NCBI GenBank assembly: GCA_050252415.1 | Contig: JBFWKZ010000001.1 | Coordinates: 1-57,179 of the forward strand | Source of the DNA: Oscillospiraceae bacterium | GTDB taxonomy: Bacteria > Bacillota > Clostridia > Oscillospirales > Oscillospiraceae | Reading direction: 5' to 3' | Length of the DNA stretch: 57,179 bases | Shown: positions 1 to 11,595 of the stretch, in pieces | How the letters are laid out: every line of letters begins with the position of its first letter | Numbering within the stretch: the first letter of the stretch is position 1 | Position numbers and translations under genes: made by a program | The notes under the pieces: model-generated | What the model was told of the DNA's origin: nothing | Database searches by the model: none | The model's input: only the letters and a program-made list of their open reading frames with translations

Positions 1-375
1 CGAATTACTGAAAATACGATAACGAAGGCCATTGAATGCTCACGCATGGATGTTTACAACTGGTTTGCCGTCAAGCGGTATGACGCGTTGGAGAGACCAT
101 ATATGAATCTCTATCTTGAGATGAGCGAGCACGCCATTACAAACGGTGTCGTTGCAAGTGATATCTTGCGCGAACATCTATCCGCATATTTCAGATATGT
201 GGACAGCGATTACAAGGACTTGAAAAAACTGCTTGGAATCGATCCGCTTGTCATCACCGTGCTTCCCACCGGGACAATCGAGAGCTATGAACAGCAAAAC
301 AGCCGTATTATCCGTAAAATAAATCCCTCGCATTATGATGTGACAGGCATTGAGAGGCTTGCCGGGAGACGGTAA
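1..375 (+). CDS. hypothetical protein, 3' end (the gene starts upstream of the window)
   Basis: Frame 1 is open from nt 1 to the stop at 373-375, so the ORF-track Met at 46 is internal. I recognise no family with confidence; there is only a faint resemblance to C-termini of GH3/adenylate-forming enzymes. Confidence 0.45.
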   Translation, partial: RITENTITKAIECSRMDVYNWFAVKRYDALERPYMNLYLEMSEHAITNGVVASDILREHLSAYFRYVDSDYKDLKKLLGIDPLVITVLPTGTIESYEQQNSRIIRKINPSHYDVTGIERLAGRR

Positions 376-420
376 ATGCGGGTTCCAACGCGAAATGTCA
401 GAGAGAGGAGGGCTGGATAA

Positions 421-2961
421 GTGGTATACAATTTGTTTTTCTGGGGCGTACCCGTCATTACGCTTGCAACCTATCTTATCCTTATATTTTTCTTTGCGAT
501 AAGCAAGAAAGATAGGGCGATACGGGCTTTCCAGCCCATATTGTTTGCCTTGGCCCTCTGGAGCGCCTCTTCTCTGCTCATGAAGCTGCAACTCCCACCG
601 GGACCGCTGTTTTGGAACAAGATGATGATGGTGGGCGTCATCACCAGCCCGCTCCTCATATACATATTCCTGTCTGTTTTTACCGATACCGTGCGCATCT
701 TCCGCATGGCTGCCTTTTCCCTGGTCACGATCGCTTTTATTGTCATAGATATCACCTTGGGGATAGTGAATTACGCCAACGTTATAGAGAAGACGGTTAT
801 TGAGGGCGGGAAAACCATCAATCAAATCGAGTTTTCGTATGAATTGAGTATGTGGGCGGTACCGACCTATATCGCCATGCTCTTTTTTACCGTGATTATT
901 ACTAAAAAAATTCACTATTGTCTCAAGACAAATAAATCCGAATATAAAGCTGTCCGCCCAATTCTGATCGGTATTATCCTTGTGTTCTGCGGCCTGCTTT
1001 CAAATATTATTCCTCAGCTGGGAAAATACCCTATCGATATTCTCACCAGTTTTATAAACGGTCTGCTCATCTTCTACGCGATCTACCGCAACCGCATGCT
1101 GGAGATGAAGTTCATGCTGACACAGGGCTTGGTCTACTCCATTTTTTCCTGTATTATCATGGGCGTCTATATCTTCGTGGCCTATCATCTAAACAGGCTG
1201 CTTGCCGGGGTATATTTGGCCAATGAGTATATCGTCTTTATTCTTGCGCTGTTGGTTGCCATGCTGTTCCAACCTGTCTTAAGCCTTACAAAAAAGTTAT
1301 CTGAGCTTATTTTCTATAAATCTGAGTATTCTCAGCGGAATGCGCTTAAATCCTTTAATATCAATATCTCAAACACGCTTAGCCTGACTGAGATATCCGA
1401 CAAATTTATTGAGACGATTAATAACGCAATGAATCCGCGCCACACATGTCTCCTCCTTGAAGATGACGAGACCGGCGTTTACACCACTTTCAATTCCCTG
1501 CAAAAACTAAACCCCATGGCGCTGACGCTAGACGGTGATCACCCTGTCGTTGCGTGGCTGCGTGAAAAAAATCAGTGCATTACGCGCGAGGAGCTTGACC
1601 ACAGCATTTTATTTAAGTCGATGTGGGACGCTGAGCTGACCGCTCTGCGCAACATGGACACCGAGGTCCTTGTTCCACTGAGATGCCGCGACGACCTTAT
1701 CGGCATTATCCTGCTTACCTCCCGGCGCAATAATATCTCCTATACATCCGACGATCTCGATTTACTTAAATCTTTCAGTGCGTCTACGGCTATGGCAATC
1801 AGCAACGCCGCATTGTATGCCAAGGCCAAAAATGAGGCGTACACCGACGATATGACCGGGATATACAATCGCCGGTATCTCTTTAAATATCTCAAAGAAC
1901 AACTTTTCGAGCGCCGTGCCGACACGGTGTCGATCATCATTTTTGATCTCGACCGCTTTAAGCTCTATAACGAGCTGTACGGTTATACCGAGGGCGACAA
2001 TGCCATTGCCAAAGTCGCCGCATTGATTGCCAAATTTGTCGACCGCCGGGGAATCAGCGTGCGGTACAGCGGTGAACAATTTGCCGCCGTCCTGCCGGGA
2101 GTAGACGCTTCCAACGCCCGCATCCTCGCCGAGAAGGTCCGCGTTAAAGTGCAGCAGACCTTTTTCGACGATGAGAGCACAACAAAGCAGTTCCTGACCA
2201 TAAGCTCCGGAATATGTTCATATCCCGTCTGTGCCGGAACGTCCGACGAGCTTCTGCACCGTGCAAACCTTGCCCTCCTGAAGGCAAAGGAGGCGGGGAA
2301 AAATACGACCGTCGTCTATGCCTCGGCCAAAAGCACCGCGCTCAACGCCGAAGAGGACCGCAACAACGATACATCGGATCTGCGGGCGACGATATACGCA
2401 CTGACCGCCGCGATTGACGCCAAGGATCACTATACTTTTGCCCATTCACAGAATGTTGCCAAATACGCCACCGCAATTGCCCGGGAGCTCGGTCTGGACA
2501 GTGTAACCCAAAAGATTATCTATGAGGCCGGACTGTTACATGATGTTGGAAAGATCGGTATTCCTGAACATATTCTGACAAAGGCCGAAAGACTGACGGA
2601 TGAGGAGTATACGATTATCCGAAAACACGTTGACATCTCAATCAACATTGTCAAGCATCTTCCTTCGATGGCTCATGTTATTCCTGCGATCGTTGCCCAC
2701 CATGAACGGTGGGACGGCAAGGGTTATCCAAGAGGAATATCCGGCGAGCGTATCCCGATCGAAGCCAGATGTCTTGCTGTGGCGGATACGTTCGATGCCA
2801 TTACGTCCATCCGCCCATATAAGACCCCGCTTTCCACAGAATACGCGCTGCGGGAGATTGAGCGCAATATCGGGACACAATTCGACCCCAAAGTTGCCAG
2901 CGCCTTTTTGCGCATGGTGCGTGCGGGCCGGGTTGACGTAACTCCGGCAACGTCTTTGTAA
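421..2961 (+). CDS. membrane sensor protein: N-terminal multi-TM domain, GAF-like region, degenerate GGDEF domain, HD-GYP phosphodiesterase domain
   Basis: 846-aa ORF with a GTG start. There are about 7 hydrophobic helices in the first ~290 aa. The GGDEF-fold block 'DDMTGIYNRRYL...IIIFDLDRFKLYNELYGYTEGD...VRYSGEQFAAVLPG' has SGEQF in place of GG(D/E)EF. The HD-GYP signatures 'LLHDVGKIGIPE' and 'HHERWDGKGYPRG' are intact. Confidence 0.85.
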   Translation: MVYNLFFWGVPVITLATYLILIFFFAISKKDRAIRAFQPILFALALWSASSLLMKLQLPPGPLFWNKMMMVGVITSPLLIYIFLSVFTDTVRIFRMAAFSLVTIAFIVIDITLGIVNYANVIEKTVIEGGKTINQIEFSYELSMWAVPTYIAMLFFTVIITKKIHYCLKTNKSEYKAVRPILIGIILVFCGLLSNIIPQLGKYPIDILTSFINGLLIFYAIYRNRMLEMKFMLTQGLVYSIFSCIIMGVYIFVAYHLNRLLAGVYLANEYIVFILALLVAMLFQPVLSLTKKLSELIFYKSEYSQRNALKSFNINISNTLSLTEISDKFIETINNAMNPRHTCLLLEDDETGVYTTFNSLQKLNPMALTLDGDHPVVAWLREKNQCITREELDHSILFKSMWDAELTALRNMDTEVLVPLRCRDDLIGIILLTSRRNNISYTSDDLDLLKSFSASTAMAISNAALYAKAKNEAYTDDMTGIYNRRYLFKYLKEQLFERRADTVSIIIFDLDRFKLYNELYGYTEGDNAIAKVAALIAKFVDRRGISVRYSGEQFAAVLPGVDASNARILAEKVRVKVQQTFFDDESTTKQFLTISSGICSYPVCAGTSDELLHRANLALLKAKEAGKNTTVVYASAKSTALNAEEDRNNDTSDLRATIYALTAAIDAKDHYTFAHSQNVAKYATAIARELGLDSVTQKIIYEAGLLHDVGKIGIPEHILTKAERLTDEEYTIIRKHVDISINIVKHLPSMAHVIPAIVAHHERWDGKGYPRGISGERIPIEARCLAVADTFDAITSIRPYKTPLSTEYALREIERNIGTQFDPKVASAFLRMVRAGRVDVTPATSL

Positions 2962-3145
2962 GACGTTTTGCCAGGGTGTGGAACTTTGGGCTTTTTCTGC
3001 AAATGCCTACTTTCCCAATGACGGGACAAGAGGCCTGCAATCCGGGAAATGTTATGCCGGGTATGGTACCGGATTATGTATGCCGTGGTAACGGTGCAGA
3101 CCATATCCGTACCTGTACGCCTGTAGCAATTTTGTATGAAAGGAC

Positions 3146-3201
3146 AAAAAAGTCCGGCAGACGATGGTGAGTGATCCTCACATCTGCCGGACCTCGTTTT
3201 T
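3146..3201. terminator. bidirectional intrinsic terminator between convergent genes
   Basis: 10-bp stem gtccggcaga (3152-3161) / tctgccggac (3183-3192) with an inner gtgag/ctcac stem. An A-run lies 5' and ttttt (3196-3200) lies 3'. Confidence 0.6.
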
Positions 3202-3333
3202 CCCGGAGGCTGGTGTTTCCGGTTTTTGCGTTTTGCCGTAACTTTACTTTTGGAGCCTATTTATCCGAGCTGAGGAGCCGTTTTTTACAAATGCGGTCAC
3301 GATTTTATGACGTACTGACACGGCTTTGCTTAT

Positions 3334-4014
3334 TCAGGCCTGATCTGCCTTGTAGTAAACCATTGACGGCCTGCCGCCGGTATCGTAATTTATGCGGTTC
3401 ACGACTTCGCCGCGTTCTGCCAGGTAATTCATATAGCGACGGACGGTTACGGCAGAGAGTCCGGAGACTTCGGACAACTCCGCGCTGGTACATCCATCCG
3501 TCGGAGAGTCGTCCAGACAGCGCCGTATGCGCTCAAGCGTATGCTCCTGCAGACCCTTTGGGACCCCCTCAGACGCAGTGGGGATTCCGGCGGCAAAAAG
3601 AGCATCCAAGTCCTTCTGGCTGACGTTCTTGCGGCTTTCAATCGCTTCGCGGTAATGACAATAATTATCCAGCGCCTTTTGAAAGCGTTGGTGGGTAAAT
3701 GGCTTTACCAGATAGTCCGTGACGCCAAGCTTGAGAAGCGTATCGACGATTTTAGAGTCGTTTGCGGCAGTGACCATGATGACGTCGGCAAAGGCATTGC
3801 GTATACGCAGCTCACGCAACAGATCAAGTCCGGTATAATTTGGCATAAAAACGTCCAGAACAATAAGGTCTATGGGATTTATTGTCAGCCAGTTCAATGC
3901 CGTTTTTCCATCCCGAAACTCTTTTATGACCTCAAACCGGCAGTCACTCTCCAAAAATCCTCTGTTTATCATTGCGACCATGGGGTCGTCTTCAACGATT
4001 GCGACTTTATACAT
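3334..4014 (-). CDS. two-component response regulator, CitB/DcuR family (receiver plus HTH)
   Basis: 'MYKVAIVEDDPMVAMINRGFLE...LIVLDVFMPNYTGLDLL...DYLVKPF' is a receiver domain, with a C-terminal HTH 'TSAELSEVSGLSAVTVRRYMNYL'. I chose the start at the Met of MYKVAIVEDD (ATG 4014-4012), which overlaps the kinase stop by 8 nt. The ORF-track start at 4080 would lie inside the kinase gene. Confidence 0.85.
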   Translation of the reverse strand: MYKVAIVEDDPMVAMINRGFLESDCRFEVIKEFRDGKTALNWLTINPIDLIVLDVFMPNYTGLDLLRELRIRNAFADVIMVTAANDSKIVDTLLKLGVTDYLVKPFTHQRFQKALDNYCHYREAIESRKNVSQKDLDALFAAGIPTASEGVPKGLQEHTLERIRRCLDDSPTDGCTSAELSEVSGLSAVTVRRYMNYLAERGEVVNRINYDTGGRPSMVYYKADQA

Positions 4015-5623
4015 TAATATCTCCTCGATTGATATGGAAAGATACGAAGAAGGCCGCTCCTTCCTGCGGCTTGCTTTCAACCCGAATTTGCCCGTGATAG
4101 AGTGTCACAAGATTCTTCACCAGCGCAAGGCCTGTGCCACGGCCGGCACCTTTAGTGGAAAAACCGCGCTTAAATATTTTCGGCAGCGTATCCGGCAGAA
4201 TTCCAGGCCCCGTATCTTCAACACAGATCAGCAGACTGTCTGCCTTTTCCCGAATGCTGACGATGATTTCCTTAATGCGGTGGGATGAGCGGTCCAGACT
4301 ATCGGTTGCGTTTTCGATAAGATTACCAAGGATCGTTACCAGAGCGCTGGAAGGCAGGAAACGTTCATCGCCGGAAAGTGAGCTCTGCGGATCTGTGTGC
4401 AGGGAGATGCCAAGCTCGGCGGCACGGCTGGTTTTTCCCACCAGCATTGCGGCAACCGCGGGGTCGCAAATATGATCTCTGATATGGCTGACCTCTTGCT
4501 GCTGCACCCGCGTGATATTCAGGATATATTGCTCGGCTTTTTCGGCCTGACCAAGCTGAATAAGCCCTAATATAATATGTAGTTTGTTCATAAATTCATG
4601 GGTATAAGAACGCATTGCCTCCACCATATGACGCACGCCAGTAAGATCCTCGGCAAGTTCCGTGACCTCGGTGCGGTCACGCAAAATCTCTACCGCACCT
4701 GCGATATTTCCATTTTCCATGATAGGCATACGGTCGGATATGGCACATATGCCGGGGATACGCTGGATGTTCACGTTATATTCGGCTTTTTCGGTTTCCA
4801 GAATACGGGGCAGGTACGATTCGGGATAGATCGTTTTTAAAGGCTCGCCGATAAGGTTCGTTTTGTCATCGATACCCAATATCCTTTTTGCGGCGTGGTT
4901 TATATAGATGATTTTTGCGTCGATATCTATCGCCAGAATGCCTTCTTCCAAGGCCTCGAGAATATCCTCGCGCTGGTTCAGCCGATGCCGGAACGCATCC
5001 GGCTCAAACCCCATCAGAGAGTCTTTGACCGATCGCGAATAGCGGTATGAAAGATAGAAGGCGGCGGCGACTGCGGCGGCGGTTATCAGAGAAAAATAGC
5101 CTATCGTGATTTGCTGCAAATGGTGAATACTGTATGCGCTGATGCCAATCGAGACAAAGCCCAAAAGGTTGCTATCCGAGTCGTGTACAGTGACCAGAGC
5201 GCGTCTTGCCGTGCCCAGTATTCCGGGACCGGCGTTCATATAGCGGTATGATCCCTGCAATGCGGAAATAGACTTTTCATCAGGATATTTTGTTCCAAGA
5301 TAACTGGGGTCCGGACAGTAGAGAATGGTTCCGTCCGCGTCAACGATCACGATGGCGTCAATGTTATAGACCTTTGTGATGACGCCGTCAAGATAGTTCG
5401 TAACATCTTTGAAATCAGAGCGGCCTGTGAGCGCATCGGTCACGCAGGGAGCCTGAGCAATCACCTGAGCGGAATTTAAAAGATTGTTGTCGAGATTCCG
5501 ATATTCCATTTTCATCGTAAACCATAAAATGCCGCCCAAAACCGTAATAATGGCGATAAGCGTAAAAAACAGACTCATATGTGCGAGCTGCTGACGGAAG
5601 GGTATCGGATCGGCTGCTTTCAT
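4007..5623 (-). CDS. sensor histidine kinase, CitA/DcuS family (periplasmic Cache-like domain, PAS, SpoOB-type dimerisation helix, HATPase)
   Basis: There are two TM segments flanking a ~150-aa extracytoplasmic domain, a PAS block 'ILEALEEGILAIDIDAKIIYINHAA', the H-box 'SYTHEFMNKLHIILGLIQLG', and the ATPase motifs 'GNLIENA', 'EDTGPGI' and 'GRGTGLALV'. I chose the start at MKAADPI (ATG 5623-5621) because it is preceded by GGAGA. Confidence 0.85.
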   Translation of the reverse strand: MKAADPIPFRQQLAHMSLFFTLIAIITVLGGILWFTMKMEYRNLDNNLLNSAQVIAQAPCVTDALTGRSDFKDVTNYLDGVITKVYNIDAIVIVDADGTILYCPDPSYLGTKYPDEKSISALQGSYRYMNAGPGILGTARRALVTVHDSDSNLLGFVSIGISAYSIHHLQQITIGYFSLITAAAVAAAFYLSYRYSRSVKDSLMGFEPDAFRHRLNQREDILEALEEGILAIDIDAKIIYINHAAKRILGIDDKTNLIGEPLKTIYPESYLPRILETEKAEYNVNIQRIPGICAISDRMPIMENGNIAGAVEILRDRTEVTELAEDLTGVRHMVEAMRSYTHEFMNKLHIILGLIQLGQAEKAEQYILNITRVQQQEVSHIRDHICDPAVAAMLVGKTSRAAELGISLHTDPQSSLSGDERFLPSSALVTILGNLIENATDSLDRSSHRIKEIIVSIREKADSLLICVEDTGPGILPDTLPKIFKRGFSTKGAGRGTGLALVKNLVTLYHGQIRVESKPQEGAAFFVSFHINRGDINV

Positions 5624-5820
5624 TCCATATTCTCCTCTCGTGTGTTGTTTTATTATAGGGCCAAATAATCCGCATGTCAAACGGAGGCTGTGTTTACATT
5701 ATATATTTTTTTTACTTTCAAAACATTGGCAAAACTATATTATACAGATAAAATAGATTTGTATTGCTCATATGTGTATAATATGTATAATGACAAATAT
5801 GGTAGGGAGGCGATAAAATA

Positions 5821-6516
5821 ATGGAATCATTTCAAGAATCGATACTTGACAATCTCAGTAATCCCATTGTCTTTACGATCCCGCTTTTCGGCGGCATACC
5901 GGTGGCGCAATCTGTGGTTGGAAGTTGGATAACCATGGCGACGATCATGATACTTACGCTTTTACTTACACAGAACCTCAAAGAACGCAACCCCGGTAAG
6001 GTCCAGATCGTGATTGAAGCAGGCGTCAGCTATTTAAATAACTTCGTTAAGGAACATACCGGCGAGCGATGGCGCTCATTTGCTCCATATCTCGGTACGA
6101 TAACATTATATATTGCGCTTTCAAACGTAAGCGGGCTGTTTGGCATTTCCCCGCCGACAAAGGATGTTAACGTCACGGCGGCGCTTGCCGTTATGAGTGG
6201 AGTGCTCATCTATGGCGCACAGTTTTACTGCCGCGGATTTATAGGCGGACTAAAACATTTTGCAGAGCCAATACCATTGCTTTTGCCCATAAATCTCATG
6301 GAGATATTCGTCCGACCGCTGGCGCTGTGTATGCGACTGTTTGGCAATATATTGGGCGCCTACATTATCATGGAAATGATAAAGTATTTTTTGCCGATCG
6401 TGGTACCCGTGCCGTTCAGTCTGTATTTTGATCTGTTTGACGGAGCAATTCAGACAATAATCTTTGTATTCCTAACAACCCTGTTTCTCGGTGAGGGGAT
6501 TCAGGAAGAAGAATAA
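5821..6516 (+). CDS. atpB: F0F1 ATP synthase subunit a
   Basis: 231-aa polytopic protein with the conserved 'RPLALCMRLFGNILGAYI' (essential Arg helix). It is the first gene of the atp operon and has a GGGAGG RBS. Confidence 0.92.
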   Translation: MESFQESILDNLSNPIVFTIPLFGGIPVAQSVVGSWITMATIMILTLLLTQNLKERNPGKVQIVIEAGVSYLNNFVKEHTGERWRSFAPYLGTITLYIALSNVSGLFGISPPTKDVNVTAALAVMSGVLIYGAQFYCRGFIGGLKHFAEPIPLLLPINLMEIFVRPLALCMRLFGNILGAYIIMEMIKYFLPIVVPVPFSLYFDLFDGAIQTIIFVFLTTLFLGEGIQEEE

Positions 6517-6544
6517 ACGAAGCAAAAATTAGGAGGAAACAAAA

Positions 6545-6763
6545 ATGGATTTAGCAATGATTGCCGCCGGTATCGCAGCTTTTACTGGAGCCGGAGCAGG
6601 AATCGGTATCGGTATAGCCACCGGAAAAGCGAGTGAGGCGATCGCCAGACAGCCTGAGGCGGGTGGATCCATCAGAACCGCACTGCTTTTGGGCTGTGCA
6701 CTGGCTGAAGGTACTGCAATATTCGGATTCATCACCGCTTTGCTCATCATATTCACACATTAA
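6545..6763 (+). CDS. atpE: F0F1 ATP synthase subunit c
   Basis: 72-aa hairpin proteolipid with a GxGxGxG helix, the 'ARQPE' loop and the carboxylate 'ALAEGTAIFG'. AGGAGG RBS. Confidence 0.92.
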   Translation: MDLAMIAAGIAAFTGAGAGIGIGIATGKASEAIARQPEAGGSIRTALLLGCALAEGTAIFGFITALLIIFTH

Positions 6764-6776
6764 GGGGGCACACCCA

Positions 6777-7265
6777 ATGTTGGACTTCCAACTATCCACT
6801 ATTGTCTGGACAGTGGTAAACCTTCTGGTTTTGTATTTATTTTTAAAAAAATTCTTATTTGGCCGCATAAATGCGATGCTTGACAAACGCTCACAGATGG
6901 TTGAGGAGACCATTGCCGATGCCGAGCGGAAGCGTACAGAGGCTGAGAAGCTTAGAGCAGACTATGAGAGCCATGTTGCCGCAGCACATGAAGAGGCTGA
7001 GATTATCGTGACTAACGCGAAAAAACGCGCCGATGCCGAGCGCGAGCGCTTACTCAGCGAGGCACAGGAAAATGCGCACGCAATACTCACGGCCGCTCAG
7101 CTGCGGGGGGAGAGAGACAGGGAAAATATGCTGCGCTCAGCGCGTGCGCAGGTCGTTTCTCTGTCGTTGCTTGCCGCCTCGAAACTCGCGGGAAAGAAAC
7201 TGGACAGCGACACAGACCGTGAGATAATCGATGAATTTTTGAACGAAGCAGGTGAGCGCCGATGA
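6777..7265 (+). CDS. atpF: F0F1 ATP synthase subunit b
   Basis: Start at [23 protein letters not shown] (ATG 6777), giving a single N-terminal TM helix followed by a long charged coiled coil. The ORF-track start at 6633 would overlap atpE. Confidence 0.88.
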   Translation: MLDFQLSTIVWTVVNLLVLYLFLKKFLFGRINAMLDKRSQMVEETIADAERKRTEAEKLRADYESHVAAAHEEAEIIVTNAKKRADAERERLLSEAQENAHAILTAAQLRGERDRENMLRSARAQVVSLSLLAASKLAGKKLDSDTDREIIDEFLNEAGERR

Positions 7266-9289
7266 GTGAACTGACAAGACGGTACGCAAAGTCTTTCCTT
7301 GAAAAGGGTGGTAAGGAATCCGAGCTCAAGAGCGCCAATGAGATTCTGACCAGCGACTCAGAGCTTTGGGAAGCCATTATCAGTCCTGCCGTATCGGCCG
7401 AGGAAAAACAGCGAATCCTGCACCGCGTAACCGGATTGCCGGAGTCGAAGACGTTAATGGGCTTTTTAAACCTGCTCGCTGGAAAAGACCATATGAAGCT
7501 TCTGGAGCAGATCAGCCGCGACGTACATTTTTCCGAGATGAAAAAGCAGCATGGTGCAGAAGCTACTTTGACCTGTGTCCGGGAACCGACGGCGCAGCAA
7601 CTCGAAGCGATTACCAAGAAGATATGTGAAATGCACAATCTGGATAAGATTGAGCTTAATATTAAAAAGGATCCGTCCCTTTTGGGCGGTTTCATGCTGG
7701 AACTGGGCGGCGTGACCTATGATCGAAGCGCCAGAGGTGCGCTGCGCGAAATTGCGCAGAACGCTGAGGAAAAGTTAGACCATACGAAAATTGCACCTGA
7801 AGAGATCGTCGCTATCCTGAAAGAAGAAATTGAAGGGTATCAGAATAAAACGCGTACCGATGAACGCGGCACCGTGCTTGAGGCGGGCGACGGTATTGCG
7901 ACGATATATGGGCTGGGCAAAGCTGCCTATGGAGAGCTTTTGAAATTTGATACCGGCGTCGAGGGCATGGTTATGGACCTCAAACGCGATAGCTTAGGCT
8001 GCGTGCTGCTCGGAAGTGAAGACGGGCTCCACGAGGGCAGCGTCGTTCTGCGTACAGGCCAGCCCGCCGCTGTGCCGGTGGGGGAGAACTTGCTTGGAAG
8101 AGTCATAGATGCTTTGGGCAACGCCATTGACGGCTTGGGCAGCATTGATACCACCGAGACCCGCCCAATCGAGCGTGTCGCAAGCGGTGTTATCACGCGT
8201 GAACCGGTAAATGAACCCATGCAGACGGGCATCCTTGCCATTGATGCGATGGTTCCAATAGGGCGCGGACAACGCGAACTGATTGTTGGCGACCGCCAGA
8301 CGGGAAAGACCGCCATTGCTGTCGATACGATTTTAAACCAAAAAGGACAGGGCGTTATCTGTATTTACGTCGCCATCGGGCAAAAGGCGTCGTCGGTTGC
8401 GAATGTCTATGATACCTTGCAAAAACATGGCGCTATGGACCACTCCATCATCGTCTCCGCTACGGCCAGCGACCCTGCGCCACTCCAATATATTGCGCCA
8501 TATGCAGGCGCTGCGATCGGCGAATATTTCATGGAGAAGGGCAAAGATGTTCTGATCATATTCGACGATCTGAGTAAGCATGCGGTGGCCTACCGAACGC
8601 TATCCCTTCTGCTTAAACGTTCACCGGGACGCGAAGCTTATCCCGGTGACGTATTTTATTTGCATTCCCGTCTGCTGGAGCGTGCGTGCCGCCTTACCAA
8701 GGAATATGGCGGCGGATCGATGACCGCGCTCCCAATAATCGAGACGCTTGCGGGTGATGTTTCCGCCTATATTCCCACAAACGTTATTTCGATTACCGAT
8801 GGACAGATTTACCTTGAAAACGACCTGTTTTTTGCGGGCCAGCGCCCGGCGGTCAATGTGGGGCTTTCGGTCTCGCGCGTTGGCGGTGCAGCGCAGAAAA
8901 AGGCGATTAAAAAAACGGCCGGGACCCTGCGCATCGACCTTGCCCGTTTCCGCGAACTGGAAATATTCACTCAGTTTGCTTCCGACCTCGATAATGCCAC
9001 GAAGCAAACGCTGGAACACGGCAAGCGCCTGCTGGAACTTCTGAAGCAGCCGCTTTACCACCCCATGTCCGTCAGCCGTCAGGCGATACTGCTTTATATC
9101 GCGACAAGCGGGCTTCTCGACGATGTCCCGATTGAAAGGATAAAGGACTTTTCCGACGGCTTTATAGAACGTATGCTCACAGAGCATGGCGATGTGACGG
9201 ATGAGATACAAAATACCGGCGAGCTTTCCGGCGTGGCAATCGAGACCATTCGCAGAACACTGGAGGGCTATAAAAAGGAGCGTGGATAA
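7262..9289 (+). CDS. atpHA: F0F1 ATP synthase delta (OSCP) and alpha subunits encoded as one uninterrupted 675-codon ORF
   Basis: The first ~170 aa are delta-like ('...[28 protein letters not shown]'). They run in frame, with no stop and no ATG/GTG/TTG, into a full alpha subunit ('[18 protein letters not shown]...[10 protein letters not shown]', P-loop 'GDRQTGKTA'). The ATGA overlap with the atpF stop is at 7262-7265. Confidence 0.85.
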   Translation: MSELTRRYAKSFLEKGGKESELKSANEILTSDSELWEAIISPAVSAEEKQRILHRVTGLPESKTLMGFLNLLAGKDHMKLLEQISRDVHFSEMKKQHGAEATLTCVREPTAQQLEAITKKICEMHNLDKIELNIKKDPSLLGGFMLELGGVTYDRSARGALREIAQNAEEKLDHTKIAPEEIVAILKEEIEGYQNKTRTDERGTVLEAGDGIATIYGLGKAAYGELLKFDTGVEGMVMDLKRDSLGCVLLGSEDGLHEGSVVLRTGQPAAVPVGENLLGRVIDALGNAIDGLGSIDTTETRPIERVASGVITREPVNEPMQTGILAIDAMVPIGRGQRELIVGDRQTGKTAIAVDTILNQKGQGVICIYVAIGQKASSVANVYDTLQKHGAMDHSIIVSATASDPAPLQYIAPYAGAAIGEYFMEKGKDVLIIFDDLSKHAVAYRTLSLLLKRSPGREAYPGDVFYLHSRLLERACRLTKEYGGGSMTALPIIETLAGDVSAYIPTNVISITDGQIYLENDLFFAGQRPAVNVGLSVSRVGGAAQKKAIKKTAGTLRIDLARFRELEIFTQFASDLDNATKQTLEHGKRLLELLKQPLYHPMSVSRQAILLYIATSGLLDDVPIERIKDFSDGFIERMLTEHGDVTDEIQNTGELSGVAIETIRRTLEGYKKERG

Positions 9290-9291
9290 GG

Positions 9292-10173
9292 ATGGCAAGC
9301 ATAAAGGAAATACGCTCCCATATCAAAAGCGTACAGCAGACCCTGAAGATTACAAACGCGATGTATCTCATTTCTTCATCGAATCTGAGGCGCGCAAAGC
9401 GTCAGCTCGATGACGTCTATCCATATTTTAGTAAGATCTTTTCCACGATATCGGATATTCTCCATCACTCGACAAAGCTGGATCACGAATTCTTTGACCA
9501 GCGCCCGGAAATACCGGCGCGACAGCGCAAGATAGGCTACATCGTTGTCACCGGCGACAAAGGGCTTGCCGGCGCATATAATCACAATGTGCTCAAGCTT
9601 GTTGAAGAGAAAATGCAGCTCACAGATAAGCCGCATCTGTTCGTCGTCGGCATTGTCGGCCACATCTATTTTCAGGAACACAGAATTGCAATCGATGAAT
9701 TTGCCTCATATACGGCGCAGAACCCCACAATGCACAGGGCGCGTATGATAAGCGACGATATGGTGCGGCGTTTCCGTGAGCGGGAGCTCGATGAGGTGCA
9801 TATCATCTATACCGAAATGAAATCCGCTCTTCAGCTTGAGGTTCAAGAGCGCAAGCTCCTGCCCCTGGCACGAGAGGATTTTCCATGGAAAGAGCCACAG
9901 AAAGATGGCTATAACCGAGTCGTTACCTATGTCCCCTCCGTCAATGCGGTTCTGGATAATATTGTCCCGGCATATGTCAAAGGGATGATCTTCGGCGCTC
10001 TGGTCGAAGCCTATTGTTCAGAGCAGTGCGCACGGATGATGGCTATGGAGTCGGCAAGTAACAATGCGAAAGATATGCTGAGCGATCTCTCCCTGACCTA
10101 TAACAGGGCGCGTCAGACGGCGATAACACAGGAGATTACGGAGATTGCCGGTGGTGCGAAGAACCTAATATAA
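9292..10173 (+). CDS. atpG: F0F1 ATP synthase subunit gamma
   Basis: 293 aa, with N-terminus 'IKEIRSHIKSVQQTLKITNAMYLIS' and C-terminus 'YNRARQTAITQEITEI' typical of gamma. Confidence 0.92.
   Translation: MASIKEIRSHIKSVQQTLKITNAMYLISSSNLRRAKRQLDDVYPYFSKIFSTISDILHHSTKLDHEFFDQRPEIPARQRKIGYIVVTGDKGLAGAYNHNVLKLVEEKMQLTDKPHLFVVGIVGHIYFQEHRIAIDEFASYTAQNPTMHRARMISDDMVRRFRERELDEVHIIYTEMKSALQLEVQERKLLPLAREDFPWKEPQKDGYNRVVTYVPSVNAVLDNIVPAYVKGMIFGALVEAYCSEQCARMMAMESASNNAKDMLSDLSLTYNRARQTAITQEITEIAGGAKNLI

Positions 10174-11595
<1,422 letters not shown>

Noticed and set aside
178-915. 245-aa minus-strand ORF
   Set aside because: It overlaps the ends of two convincing plus-strand genes and the gap between them, and has no recognisable domains.
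3171-3623. 150-aa plus-strand ORF (R/S/P-rich)
   Set aside because: It starts inside the terminator region and runs antisense into the response-regulator gene. Its composition is not protein-like.
6545-6763. Possible Na+-specific c subunit
   Set aside because: The carboxylate context is 'AEGT'. At the helix-1 position that carries Gln in Na+-binding c-rings (aligned via GKA..E..ARQPE) there is Ile, not Gln. There is no good evidence for Na+ specificity.
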